Origin: Gemmata obscuriglobus
GTDB taxonomy: Bacteria > Planctomycetota > Planctomycetia > Gemmatales > Gemmataceae
Length of the DNA: 32,000 bases
Assembly (NCBI RefSeq): GCF_008065095.1
Contig: NZ_CP042911.1
Coordinates: forward strand, 5,700,001-5,732,000
Direction: 5' to 3'
Part shown: piece after piece, positions 1 to 8,468 of the stretch
Layout: each line of letters opens with the position of its first letter
Position numbering within the stretch: position 1 is the stretch's first letter
The notes under the pieces: generated by a model
Databases searched by the model: none
What the model was told of the DNA's origin: nothing
Seen by the model: the letters and a program-made list of their open reading frames with translations, nothing else
Translations under genes and position numbers: made by a program

Positions 1-869
1 TACGCCAGCGCAAGCTGCTCGCACTTCTGCATACAGTCGTAGAGGCGCCCGGCGCGGAAGTCGTCCCGGGCCACAGCGAGTATGTCCCGCGCGATCCGGA
101 GCCGACGCTGTTGAACGACACCGGGCTTATCGGCGAGGTCCGCCAGTGCCACCGCCGCGTCCGCAGCGGTCTGCGTGCCGGCGTAGGTGCGAACGGCCTC
201 GGCCAGGGCGTCCATCGCCTCGGCGGTCTGCCCGAGTTGTTCGAGTTGCTTCGCGCCCGCCAACTTACCGGCGGCGACCCGCTCCACCTCGGTCAGCAGT
301 TGCTTCGCCTTCACCCCCACCGGCTTATCGCCAGCGTCCTTTGTGATGCCCTTCAGGAGCGTCACCGCCCGGGGGTAGTCGCTGGCCGCAAGCGCCTTCG
401 ACGCCTCGTTGAAGTCCCGCGCCGCCCAGTCCGTCGTACTCACCGCGGTCAGCGTGCGTTTCATCTGCTCGGCGAGCCGCGCGGTCTCAATGTAACCTTC
501 AATAAAGGCGTGGATTTTGCCGTCGGGTGCGGCCAACACGGTCGTGGGGTAAAGCTGAACTTTCAGGGCTTTCGCGAGTTCGGGCGATTTGGCGGCGTCG
601 AGTTTCAGCGGAACGAAGCCGGACGCGAGCAGCGGCGCGAGGGCCGGGTCCTTGAGCGGCCCGGACTCGAGCTTGCGGCAGTAGAAACAGTTCTCCGTTC
701 CGAAGACGATGAGCAGCGGCAGTCCCTTGTCCTGCGCCTCCTTGCGGGCGGTGTTGTAATCCGTCCACCACGTAATTTGAGGCTGCGCGGCGGGCCTGGC
801 CGGCTGCGCGACCGCCGGAAGTGCGGGCCACAGCGCCGCGGCGGTCACGAGCGGGAACAGGACGCGCAT
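1..869 (-). CDS. Thioredoxin-fold CxxC protein with signal-like N-terminus and helical (TPR-like) C-terminal region; its 3' end runs off the window start
   Basis: Absent from the ORF track because there is no stop in the window. My minus-strand translation from the ATG at 869-867 reads MRVLFPLVTAAALWPALPAVAQP...KEAQDKGLPLLIVFGTENCFYCRKLESGPLKD...LKVQLYPTTVLAAPDGKIHAF. This has a CFYC redox motif in a thioredoxin-like context, and the frame stays open to position 3. Confidence 0.7.
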   Translation of the reverse strand, partial: MRVLFPLVTAAALWPALPAVAQPARPAAQPQITWWTDYNTARKEAQDKGLPLLIVFGTENCFYCRKLESGPLKDPALAPLLASGFVPLKLDAAKSPELAKALKVQLYPTTVLAAPDGKIHAFIEGYIETARLAEQMKRTLTAVSTTDWAARDFNEASKALAASDYPRAVTLLKGITKDAGDKPVGVKAKQLLTEVERVAAGKLAGAKQLEQLGQTAEAMDALAEAVRTYAGTQTAADAAVALADLADKPGVVQQRRLRIARDILAVARDDFRAGRLYDCMQKCEQLALA

Positions 870-998
870 GCGCGTGTCGGGACAATACATGAAGCGAACC
901 CCTGGTGCGTAACGGCACTGCACAAACGCTCCACCGCCGACCGCCGGGCTGGTGCGGGCGCGGCTCATTCAACCGGAAGGGCGTCCTCCCACCCGCGT

Positions 999-1904
999 TC
1001 ATGCGCGCGGGTGGGCCTTCTGGTAACTCTGCTGGAGGCGCTGAGTGGTCACGTGCGTGTAAACTTGTGTCGTCGCCAAACTCTTATGGCCGAGGAGTTC
1101 TTGCACCCCGCGGATGTCGGCCCCGGCATCGAGCATATGTGTTGCGAAGCTGTGCCTCAACGTGTGCGGGCTGGTCCGCGGGTCGAGGCCCGCGACCTTC
1201 AGGTGGTGCGACAACAGGCGGCCGACGCTGCGAGTCGTCAGCCGGCCGCCCTTGTTGTTCAAAAACACAGCCTCAGTTTCTTGGCCGGTTCGCGCCAGCA
1301 GCGCGGAGCGGTCCTCGTACCAGAGGGTGATCGCCTTCACCGCGTCCGGACCGAGCAACGCGAGCCGCTCCTTCTTTCCCTTGCCGCGAACCGTGATAAC
1401 ACCATCGTTCAAGTCAACGGCCAGAAGGTCCAGCCCGACCAGCTCAGAAACCCGAATGCCGGACGCGTAGAGCGTCTCCAGAACGGCGCGATCGCGCCGC
1501 CCCGCCCAATCGGTCGCCGGGGGCGCCGTCAGCAGTTTCTGCACATCCGCCAGCGTCAAAAAGTGGGGGAGCTTCTTGTCCTGCTTCGGGCCGCGGAGGG
1601 CCAGCGCCGGGTTCACATCAAGCACGCCCGCGCGGCACAGGTACTTGCTGAACGACCGCACCGCGGCGAGGCGCCGGGCGATCGTACTCTTGGCGTACCC
1701 CTGCTCGTGCAGCCAGGAAACGAACGAGCGCACGGTCCGCGTGGTCCAGTCGCCCACCGCGACGTGCCCCTTCTTGGTCCGGTCGCGCACGAACCCCAGC
1801 GCCTGGGTGAGGTCCTCGCGGTAAGACTTGACCGTTTTGTCGGAGGAGTTCTTTTCCAGCCCGAGGTGTGTGAGAAAGTCTGCGAGCCCCTGTTCGAGCG
1901 TCAT
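999..1904 (-). CDS. xerC: Tyrosine site-specific recombinase, XerC/XerD family
   Basis: 301 aa. N-terminal SAM-like core-binding region (SDKTVKSYREDL). C-terminal catalytic motifs LYASGIRVSELVGL, HTLRHSFATHML, GADIRGVQELLGHKSLATTQVYTHV (R..HxxR..H..Y). XerC and XerD cannot be told apart by eye. Confidence 0.9.
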   Translation of the reverse strand: MTLEQGLADFLTHLGLEKNSSDKTVKSYREDLTQALGFVRDRTKKGHVAVGDWTTRTVRSFVSWLHEQGYAKSTIARRLAAVRSFSKYLCRAGVLDVNPALALRGPKQDKKLPHFLTLADVQKLLTAPPATDWAGRRDRAVLETLYASGIRVSELVGLDLLAVDLNDGVITVRGKGKKERLALLGPDAVKAITLWYEDRSALLARTGQETEAVFLNNKGGRLTTRSVGRLLSHHLKVAGLDPRTSPHTLRHSFATHMLDAGADIRGVQELLGHKSLATTQVYTHVTTQRLQQSYQKAHPRA

Positions 1905-2004
1905 CGGTCGGGCCTCCGGGGTGCCGCGGCGCGTGTGATTCCAACGCGAGCCGCAGCGCGATTGTCCGGTCGGGGCCGCCGTGCTCCAACAGCAAACGCC
2001 AATA

Positions 2005-2220
2005 TCATTCGTCCAGCAGGTCCGCGGGGTCGGGTTCGGCGGCGGGGTTGCGCACGCGCTCGGTGAGCACCGAAGCGTCGAACCAGTTCAGCGCCACGGC
2101 CGGGTCGGCCGCCTTGTCGCGGATGTCGTCGATCAGCTCGTCTTTGCTGTAATCGTCGTAAACGAATATGAACCGCTCGGTCCCTTTGATCAAGGCCAGC
2201 ACGTTGAGCTCCTGCGTCAC
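2005..2220 (-). CDS. Small acidic hypothetical protein (about 71 aa)
   Basis: The ORF 2005..2337 is open. A GTG at 2220 is preceded by GGAGGA 8-9 nt upstream. The sequence downstream of it (VTQELNVLALIKGTERFIFVYDDYSKDELIDDIRDKAADP...) looks protein-like, whereas the N-terminal 39 aa of the long ORF do not. No family recognised. Confidence 0.5.
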   Translation of the reverse strand: MTQELNVLALIKGTERFIFVYDDYSKDELIDDIRDKAADPAVALNWFDASVLTERVRNPAAEPDPADLLDE

Positions 2221-2475
2221 GCGACCGTCCTCCGCGCGGTACTTCGCACCGGAGCAACATCGGCCGTAGCCGCAGCCGAACTCAAACCAAATTTGCGCAG
2301 CGAGCGCGAAGCCCCGTCTCGTACCGGGACAACCCATACATCCCGCATCATCCGCCCTGCCCCGTCGCAGCCGGTCCGCTGGCCTTTCCTGATCTCGTGT
2401 ACCTTGTCTTCAAACCTCGTCCGCGGTAAAATCATCTCGGTATTACGACGTTATCCCTCTCGACGGAGGCTCGCA

Positions 2476-3471
2476 ATGAACCGCGTGCTCCTGCTGAAGG
2501 CGACCGGCCTGGTGACGGCGATCGCAGCGATCACGCTGCTCGTGCCCGGGTGCTCGGGCACGCCGGACGGAAAGCGGCAAAACGACTGGCCCGCCGACCA
2601 CGCCGGGCCGAAGGTGGTGGTGTCGTTCGCGCCCCTGTACAGCTTCGCGGCGAGCGTCGCGGGGGACGACGCGATCGTCAAGAACGTGATGACCTCGAAA
2701 GGGCCGCACGATTTCGACCCGACGGCCGACGACATCGCGCTCGTGACCCAGGCCGACCTCTTCTTCGTCGTGGGCCTGGGGCTCGACGAGAAGAAGGCGG
2801 AGGTGATGCGAACCAGGTCCGGCAACAAGAACATGAAGATCATCGAGCTGGGCGAGCAGCTCGACAAGAAGGACCTGTGCGAAGGGTTTTGCACGCACGC
2901 CGATCACGGCGCGGACCACAAGCACGACACGGACCCGCACGTCTGGCTCAGCCCGACGCACGCGGCGAAGCTGGTCGGGTTCATCCGCGACGAGCTGAAA
3001 TCCAAGGACCCGGCGCACGCCGCCGGTTACGACGCCCGCGCGGCGGCGTACATTGAGAAGCTCAACGCGGTGAAGGCGTACGGCACCGAGAAGTTCAAAG
3101 ACAAGCAGGACAAGAAGCTGGTTTCGTTCCACGACTCGCTGGCCTACTTCGAGGAGTGCTTCCAGCTCAACGTCCGCGGGGTGCTGACGAAGAAGCCCGG
3201 CCAGGACGTGAGCAACAAGGAAATGACGGAGCTGATCCGGATCTGCACCAAGAAAACCTCTCCGGTTCGGGTGATCCTGACCGAACCGCAGTATTCGACC
3301 AGTTCTCAGGGTGAGATTCTGCGAAAAGAACTCGTAAACAGCGGAGTCACGGACCCGGTGCTCGTCGAGTTCGACACGCTCGAAACGGTTCGCCCCGACG
3401 AACTGACCCCGGACTGGTACGAAAAGAAGATGCGCGACAACATCGACCGGCTCGCCGAGAAGATGAAATGA
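2476..3471 (+). CDS. znuA: Zinc/manganese ABC transporter substrate-binding lipoprotein (ZnuA/TroA family)
   Basis: I trimmed the 496-aa ORF to the in-frame MNRVLLLKATGLVTAIAAITLLVPGCSG (lipobox LVPGC). It has a His/Asp-rich loop CTHADHGADHKHDTDPHVWLSP typical of ZnuA, plus FHDSLAYF and TEPQYS cluster-9 SBP motifs. Confidence 0.85.
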   Translation: MNRVLLLKATGLVTAIAAITLLVPGCSGTPDGKRQNDWPADHAGPKVVVSFAPLYSFAASVAGDDAIVKNVMTSKGPHDFDPTADDIALVTQADLFFVVGLGLDEKKAEVMRTRSGNKNMKIIELGEQLDKKDLCEGFCTHADHGADHKHDTDPHVWLSPTHAAKLVGFIRDELKSKDPAHAAGYDARAAAYIEKLNAVKAYGTEKFKDKQDKKLVSFHDSLAYFEECFQLNVRGVLTKKPGQDVSNKEMTELIRICTKKTSPVRVILTEPQYSTSSQGEILRKELVNSGVTDPVLVEFDTLETVRPDELTPDWYEKKMRDNIDRLAEKMK

Positions 3472-4235
3472 TCAAGCCCGAAGCGCCGGCGCCGCCGCTG
3501 GTGTCGCTCCGCAACCTGAGCGTCGAGTTGGGCGGGCGGCCGATCCTCCGGAACGTGACCGCGGACATCAAGCGCGGCACGATCACGGCACTGATCGGAC
3601 TGAACGGGTCCGGCAAGACGACTCTCCTGCGTGCGCTGGTCAACGAGTACCCGCACAAGGGCGAGATCAAGTTCCACTGCGGGCACGACCACTCCAAGCC
3701 GTACCCGGAGGCGATCGGGTACGTGCCCCAGCGCCTCACACTCGACGCCCGGCTCCCGCTAACCGTCGGGGACTTCCTGGCGCTGACGCTGTCGCGGCGC
3801 CCGCTGTTCTTCGGCATCTCGAAGCGGACCGCGGCCAAAAGCCTGGAGATGCTGAAACGCGTCGATGTGGACAACTGCCTGAACCGACCGGTCGAGGGGC
3901 TGTCGGGCGGGCAACTCCAGCGCGTCCTTCTGGCGCTGGCGCTGGAACCGCAACCCGAGTTGCTGCTCCTGGACGAACCGGCGGCGGGCATCGACTTCGG
4001 CGGGCTGAAAAAGTTCTACGACCTGATCGCGACCATTAACCGCGAGACCGGCGTTACTGTGCTGCTCGTGTCGCACGACCTGAACATGGTTCAAGCACAT
4101 GCGCACGACGTGCTGTGCTTGCGGGGCGGCGCGATTCAGTGCCAGGGACCGCCGGGAGAAGTTCTTACGCCGATCAACATGTCACTCGTGTTCGGCGCCG
4201 AAATGAGCCTGTTCCCGCACCGCTTCAGTAGCTGA
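3468..4235 (+). CDS. znuC: Metal ABC transporter ATP-binding protein (ZnuC-like)
   Basis: Walker A GLNGSGKTTL, signature LSGGQLQRVLLALAL, Walker B LLLLDEPAAGID, H-loop VSHD. The start overlaps the znuA stop (ATGA at 3468-3471). Confidence 0.9.
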   Translation: MIKPEAPAPPLVSLRNLSVELGGRPILRNVTADIKRGTITALIGLNGSGKTTLLRALVNEYPHKGEIKFHCGHDHSKPYPEAIGYVPQRLTLDARLPLTVGDFLALTLSRRPLFFGISKRTAAKSLEMLKRVDVDNCLNRPVEGLSGGQLQRVLLALALEPQPELLLLDEPAAGIDFGGLKKFYDLIATINRETGVTVLLVSHDLNMVQAHAHDVLCLRGGAIQCQGPPGEVLTPINMSLVFGAEMSLFPHRFSS

Positions 4236-4243
4236 CGCACGCG

Positions 4244-4330
4244 GCCTGCGTATGGAATCCAGAGGGCCGAGGGCCGCGGAAGCGACTGGTGCTTCCGCGG
4301 CCCTCGGCCCTCTGGATTCCATACGCAGGC
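4244..4330. terminator. 40-bp perfect-stem hairpin (7-nt loop) between convergent genes; candidate bidirectional terminator or palindromic repeat element
   Basis: The left arm 4245-4283 CCTGCGTATGGAATCCAGAGGGCCGAGGGCCGCGGAAGC is the exact reverse complement of 4291-4329, and 4244 G pairs with 4330 C. The loop is GACTGGT. It lies 9 nt after the znuC stop and 5 nt before the stop of the minus-strand gene at 4335. Confidence 0.7.
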
Positions 4331-4334
4331 GAAC

Positions 4335-4529
4335 TCATGCCAGCGGCGGCCAATCCTTCGCAACCCCTTCCCGCTCGATCAGTTCCAGTTGTTCCTTCGT
4401 GATGTGGTACTGCGACGCCACCTGCTTTTTGGACTCCGCGATCGTCAAGGTCTTGGAGTCCTGTACCTCGACGAGGGCGTGGAAAATCGATTTGCGCTGC
4501 TGGACTGTTAGAGTTTTGGCGGACATCAT
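4335..4529 (-). CDS. Small hypothetical protein (64 aa)
   Basis: I trimmed ORF 4335..4574 to MMSAKTLTVQQRKSIFHALVEVQDSKTLTIAESKKQVASQYHITKEQLELIEREGVAKDWPPLA. A strong GGAGAGGAG lies just upstream of the ATGATG at 4529-4524. No family recognised. Confidence 0.55.
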   Translation of the reverse strand: MMSAKTLTVQQRKSIFHALVEVQDSKTLTIAESKKQVASQYHITKEQLELIEREGVAKDWPPLA

Positions 4530-4666
4530 GGCGCTCCTCTCCTTGTGACCCGAAACACAGAGTGTCTCATCCACTTTACGTTCGCCAAGTGGCCTTGAAC
4601 CCCGAAATCCACCCGTTTCGCGCGCCAGCGACCGTGCGACTCACTCCCGACCCGAAAGGCCCCACC

Positions 4667-6067
4667 ATGCCCCACCGTCCGCTCGCCACGCTCGCCGCAC
4701 TCCTCTCGGTGCTGACCGTTTCCGGCCTCGAACCACAACCGACCTCCACCCCACAACCGGCGCAACCGGTTCCGAAATCACCCCCCGCAGCACCGGAGTG
4801 GGTCCAAGCCCGGCTCGCCGCCGTGGACAAGAAACTGGACGGCGAGATCAGGCAGCTCGTGGCCCTTTACCAGCACATTCACACGCATCCCGAACTATCG
4901 CTCATGGAAGTGAATACCGCAAAGCGTCTCGCAGACGAGATGCGGAAAACCGGCTGTGATGTTACCGAAAAGGTAGGAGGAAACGGCGTGGTCGCGGTGC
5001 TGAAGAATGGCCCCGGGCCGGTCGTACTGATTCGCACGGACATGGACGCGTTACCGATCACAGAACAAACGGGACTGCCCTACGCCAGCAAGGTTCGCGT
5101 GAAAAACCGCGACGGCGTCGAGGTGGGGGTGATGCACGCTTGCGGGCACGACATTCACATGGCGAGCTGGATCGGAACGGCTCGCGTCCTTGCGGCGTTG
5201 AAAGACCAGTGGAGCGGCACCGTGGTGTTCATCGGCCAACCGGCTGAGGAGATCGTCGCCGGCGCGAAGCAGATGCTCGACGCCGGGCTCTACACCAAGT
5301 TTCCGAAACCCGATTATGCCCTCGCGCTACACTCCGACCCGCTTTATCCGGTGGGCACCCTTGGTTACTCCGAGGGACTCGCAATGGCCAACTCCGATAC
5401 CGTCGACATTTTGGTGAAAGGGAAGGGAGGGCACGGTGCGTCCCCGCACGTGACGATTGATCCAATTGTTCTTGCCGCGCGGATTGTTTTGGATTTACAG
5501 ACGATTGTAAGTCGTGAGACGGATCCGCTCGACCCCGTTGTAGTGACCGTGGGTTCGATCCACGGCGGCACCAAGCACAACATCATCCCCAACGAGGTGA
5601 AGCTCCAGCTTACCGTGCGGACCACGACCACCGCCACGCGGGACCGCGTGTTGAAGGCCATCGACCGCATCGCCAAAGCCGCCGCTCTCGGCGCGAACGC
5701 GCCCGCCCCGGAAGTGAAGGTGAGCCTCGATGAGTTCACGCCCGCGACTTACAACGACATCGATTTGGCGAAGAAGTGCGGCGGTCTGTTCCGCGAGATT
5801 CTGGGCGCAGAGAGCGTTCGCGGCAACCGCAAGCCGGTGATGGGGGCGGAAGACTTCAGCCGTTATTCGGAGGGCAAAACGCCGATCTTCATTTACTTCA
5901 TCGGCACTATTTCAAAGGAGAAGTACGACGCGGCCCAAAAGCCCGAAGCGCCGCGCCTACCGGGAATGCACACCGATGCTTACGCTCCGGTCCCGGAGCC
6001 CAGCATCCGCACGGGTGTACGGACGATGAGCCTCGCTGCCATGAAGTTGCTGCCGAAAGAGAAGTAA
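4667..6067 (+). CDS. Secreted M20-family amidohydrolase (M20D, hippurate hydrolase/aminoacylase-like)
   Basis: I trimmed it to MPHRPLATLAALLSVLTVSG (signal-like). Motifs IHTHPELS, IRTDMDALPI, HACGHDIHMA, FIGQPAEE, GGHGASPH and GSIHGGTKHNIIP are characteristic of M20D amidohydrolases. Confidence 0.85.
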   Translation: MPHRPLATLAALLSVLTVSGLEPQPTSTPQPAQPVPKSPPAAPEWVQARLAAVDKKLDGEIRQLVALYQHIHTHPELSLMEVNTAKRLADEMRKTGCDVTEKVGGNGVVAVLKNGPGPVVLIRTDMDALPITEQTGLPYASKVRVKNRDGVEVGVMHACGHDIHMASWIGTARVLAALKDQWSGTVVFIGQPAEEIVAGAKQMLDAGLYTKFPKPDYALALHSDPLYPVGTLGYSEGLAMANSDTVDILVKGKGGHGASPHVTIDPIVLAARIVLDLQTIVSRETDPLDPVVVTVGSIHGGTKHNIIPNEVKLQLTVRTTTTATRDRVLKAIDRIAKAAALGANAPAPEVKVSLDEFTPATYNDIDLAKKCGGLFREILGAESVRGNRKPVMGAEDFSRYSEGKTPIFIYFIGTISKEKYDAAQKPEAPRLPGMHTDAYAPVPEPSIRTGVRTMSLAAMKLLPKEK

Positions 6068-6097
6068 CGGGATACGGTCGAACTGCCCGCGTGCGAC

Positions 6098-7312
6098 TCA
6101 GCCGAGCCGCACCCGCAGGATCTTCCGCCCGAGGCGTATGACTAGTCCGTCAGTGACCGGGACCGTCGCCTTCACGTCGGCGGGCTTGGTGCGGCCGGGA
6201 CCGTAGTTGAACGCCCCCTCCTCGATCTTCCGCCGCGCCTCACTTTTACTTGCTGTCAGCTTCGTTTCGGCGATCAGGTCGACGGCCAGCATCGCGCCGT
6301 CTTTAATCTTGTCGGCAGGTATGCTGATGTCGTCAATGTTAACGGGGTCAATGTTCTTCGCCGCGTTATCCCAGTCGGCGCGCGTCGCGGACGCAACCTC
6401 TTCACCGTGGTAGAAGCGCACGATGTCTGCCGCCAGCGTTTTCTTGGCTTCCAGCGGTGTCGTGAGGAGTCGGGTTACGTCCTCGTGCGACCGGTCCGTA
6501 AGTAAGGCGTACCACTCGGTGAGCAGTTCATCGTGAATCCGCATCGTCTTGCCGAACATGTCCTTGGCAGGTTCGTTCAGCCCGATGTAGTTCCCGACGC
6601 TCTTGCCCATCTTCTTCTCGCCGTCCGTGCCGCGAAGGATCGGCATCGTGAGGCAAATCTGCGGCTCTTGGCCGGCGGCCCGCTGAAGGTCGCGGCCCAC
6701 CATCAGGTTGTAAAGCTGTTCGGTGCCGCCGAGTTCCACGTCCGCGCGGATCTCGACGGAGTCGTGCCCCTGCATCAGCGGGTACAGGCACTCGTGCAGG
6801 TAGATCGCGGCCCCGGCCTTGATGCGCTTCGTGAAGTCGTCGCGCTCGATCATCCGCTGCATCGTCGTGTGCCCGAGCAGTTTCAGCATGTCGGCGAAGG
6901 TGAACTTCGAGAACCATTCGCCGTTGGGCCGCACCTCGGCCTTGCTGACATCGACCACCTTCGCGATCTGCGTAAGGTACGTCTGAGCGTTTTTGTCGAT
7001 CTGCTCGGTTGTTAAGCCCTGCCGGCTCGCGTCGCGCCCGGATGGGTCGCCCACCGCCGCGGTCGCGGTGCCGATGATGAGAACGGCGGTGTGACCGAAC
7101 TCCTGAAATTGGCGCAACTTGCGGAGCGGCACCGTGTGCCCGAGGTGAACGTCGAACCCGGTCGGGTCGATGCCGTACTTCACCCGGAGCGGCTTGCCGC
7201 TGGTGAAGCTCTTTTCGAGCTTCTTCTTCAGTTCCTCGCGCATCGACCCATCGAACTGCGCCGCGCCGCGCGTCAGAACTGCGAGTTGCTCGTCAACCGG
7301 GGGGAACGACAT
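6098..7312 (-). CDS. tyrS: Tyrosine--tRNA ligase
   Basis: Class I motifs HLGH (HIGH) and KMGKS (KMSKS), plus GDPSGRD, ELGGTEQ and a C-terminal S4-like domain. I trimmed the 460-aa ORF to MSFPPVDEQLAVL because the upstream 56 codons read through a palindromic intergenic element. Confidence 0.9.
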   Translation of the reverse strand: MSFPPVDEQLAVLTRGAAQFDGSMREELKKKLEKSFTSGKPLRVKYGIDPTGFDVHLGHTVPLRKLRQFQEFGHTAVLIIGTATAAVGDPSGRDASRQGLTTEQIDKNAQTYLTQIAKVVDVSKAEVRPNGEWFSKFTFADMLKLLGHTTMQRMIERDDFTKRIKAGAAIYLHECLYPLMQGHDSVEIRADVELGGTEQLYNLMVGRDLQRAAGQEPQICLTMPILRGTDGEKKMGKSVGNYIGLNEPAKDMFGKTMRIHDELLTEWYALLTDRSHEDVTRLLTTPLEAKKTLAADIVRFYHGEEVASATRADWDNAAKNIDPVNIDDISIPADKIKDGAMLAVDLIAETKLTASKSEARRKIEEGAFNYGPGRTKPADVKATVPVTDGLVIRLGRKILRVRLG

Positions 7313-7325
7313 CACTGGCTCCGCA

Positions 7326-7437
7326 AAACCGATTTCACCACCGAGGGCACGAGATGGCACAGAGAGAAAGAATGAGCAATACTCTCTCTTCTCTTCTTCT
7401 CTGCGTTCTCTCGTGCCCTCTGCGGTGAAATCGGTTT
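7326..7437. repeat. About 112-nt imperfect palindrome (long hairpin) between the yraN stop and the tyrS start
   Basis: The outer arm 7326-7354 AAACCGATTTCACCACCGAGGGCACGAGA pairs with 7409-7437 (reverse complement AAACCGATTTCACCGCAGAGGGCACGAGA), with 2 mismatches in 29. Purine-rich 7358-7372 pairs imperfectly with pyrimidine-rich 7388-7405. It starts 2 nt after the yraN stop. Confidence 0.75.
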
Positions 7438-7439
7438 GT

Positions 7440-7907
7440 TTAAGTAAAGAATTGGAAGCGGCCGGTGGACTCGAAAGCATGACGGATGTGCCGGACGGCG
7501 GGTTCGCGGGCGTGCTCCGGCCAAGCGATCACAAGCACGTCGTACCGAACGGCGATCCGACCCAGCAGGCGTCGGCGGCCCAGGAAACGCGACGTCGCCT
7601 CGGTGATCTTCCGCTGCTTGCGGAGGTCCACCGAGGCGGCGGTTTGTTCGATCGCGTCGGGGCGGGCACTGGAAGTTGAGCGGACCTCAACGATGACGAG
7701 CGTTTCGCCATCAATCGCCAGTAAGTCGAGTTCACCGTCCCGATCGTTCACGTTCGCCGCCAGCAAGCGGTAACGGAGCCCGCGGAGGTAGTTCGCGGCG
7801 GCACGCTCGCTGCGGCGGCCGAACCACCGTTTCCACCACCGCCAGCGGGAAAAGCCGCCCGGGGGCGGCTTTTCGTCGTCGGCAGGTGCAGATGCGGTGC
7901 CGGGCAC
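7440..7907 (-). CDS. YraN-family (UPF0102) endonuclease-like protein
   Basis: ERAAANYLRGLRYRLLAANVNDRDGELDLLAIDGETLVIVEVRSTSS...VRYDVLVIAW matches the YraN/UPF0102 PD-(D/E)xK-like pattern. The start lies 3 nt after the rplS stop. Confidence 0.8.
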   Translation of the reverse strand: MPGTASAPADDEKPPPGGFSRWRWWKRWFGRRSERAAANYLRGLRYRLLAANVNDRDGELDLLAIDGETLVIVEVRSTSSARPDAIEQTAASVDLRKQRKITEATSRFLGRRRLLGRIAVRYDVLVIAWPEHAREPAVRHIRHAFESTGRFQFFT

Positions 7908-7910
7908 GGC

Positions 7911-8417
7911 TTACTTCTTCTTGGCGGCCTCGGCTTCCTTGCGGGCGCGCTTCTTCGCGGCCGACTTGCTCTCGCCGCCGGTGGCCTTCTGGGCCTCGGC
8001 CGCCTCGCGGGCCGCCTTCGCCGCAACTTCCGCCGCGACCTTCAGATCCTGGTCGATCTTCGCCTGCCGCTTGACGTCGTCGCGGATCTTGGTCGCCTTG
8101 CCCACGCGGTCGCGGAGGTAGTACAGCTTGGCGCGACGGACCAAGCCGGCCTTGATGACCACGATCTTGGCGATGCGCGGCGAGTGGATCGGGAAGATAC
8201 GCTCCACGCCCTCGCCCTGGACCAACCGGCGAACGGTCACGCTCTCCCGCGCGCCGCCGTGGTTCAGACCGATCACGTCCCCCTCGAACACCTGGACGCG
8301 TTCTTTGGCGCCATCCAGGATCTTCTGGTGAACTTCGATGCGGTCGCCGACCTGGAACGTCGGGATGTCGTTTTTAACGGTCCCGGTTTCGATCAGTTGC
8401 ATGAGGGGCGAGATCAT
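7911..8417 (-). CDS. rplS: 50S ribosomal protein L19 with a Lys/Ala-rich C-terminal extension
   Basis: FQVGDRIEVHQKILDGAKERVQVFEGDVIGLNHGGARESVTVRR...GVERIFPIHSPRIAKIVV is canonical L19. About 50 extra K/A/E-rich residues follow at the C-terminus. Confidence 0.95.
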   Translation of the reverse strand: MISPLMQLIETGTVKNDIPTFQVGDRIEVHQKILDGAKERVQVFEGDVIGLNHGGARESVTVRRLVQGEGVERIFPIHSPRIAKIVVIKAGLVRRAKLYYLRDRVGKATKIRDDVKRQAKIDQDLKVAAEVAAKAAREAAEAQKATGGESKSAAKKRARKEAEAAKKK

Positions 8418-8468
8418 ACCCCACCTTTCCCTTTCCGCGGCGCGTGCCGGCCGCGCGTCACATTGAAC

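Noticed and set aside
111-2066. 651-aa plus-strand ORF, the longest in the first 2 kb
   Set aside because: It is antisense to the thioredoxin-like gene, xerC/D and the small acidic protein. It is extremely Arg/Gly/Ala/Pro-rich with no motifs, which is a typical high-GC shadow ORF.
5540-5560. GGTTCGATCC string resembling a tRNA T-arm
   Set aside because: It lies inside the M20 amidohydrolase coding frame (VGSIHGG) and has no surrounding cloverleaf potential.
7313-7439. Possible T-box riboswitch upstream of tyrS
   Set aside because: There is no recognisable T-box consensus (AAUUAGGGUGGUACCGCG-like) or specifier-loop architecture. The element is a simple long palindrome.
7313-7480. 56-codon N-terminal extension of tyrS; similar extensions of pilT (15788-15952), hisF (16677-16946), the DtxR regulator (17878-17919), the OMP (21458-21529) and the permease (30111-30206)
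   Set aside because: The extensions run through intergenic palindromes, the upstream gene or the IS. Internal Met or GTG starts coincide with the conserved family N-termini and with SD-like sequences.
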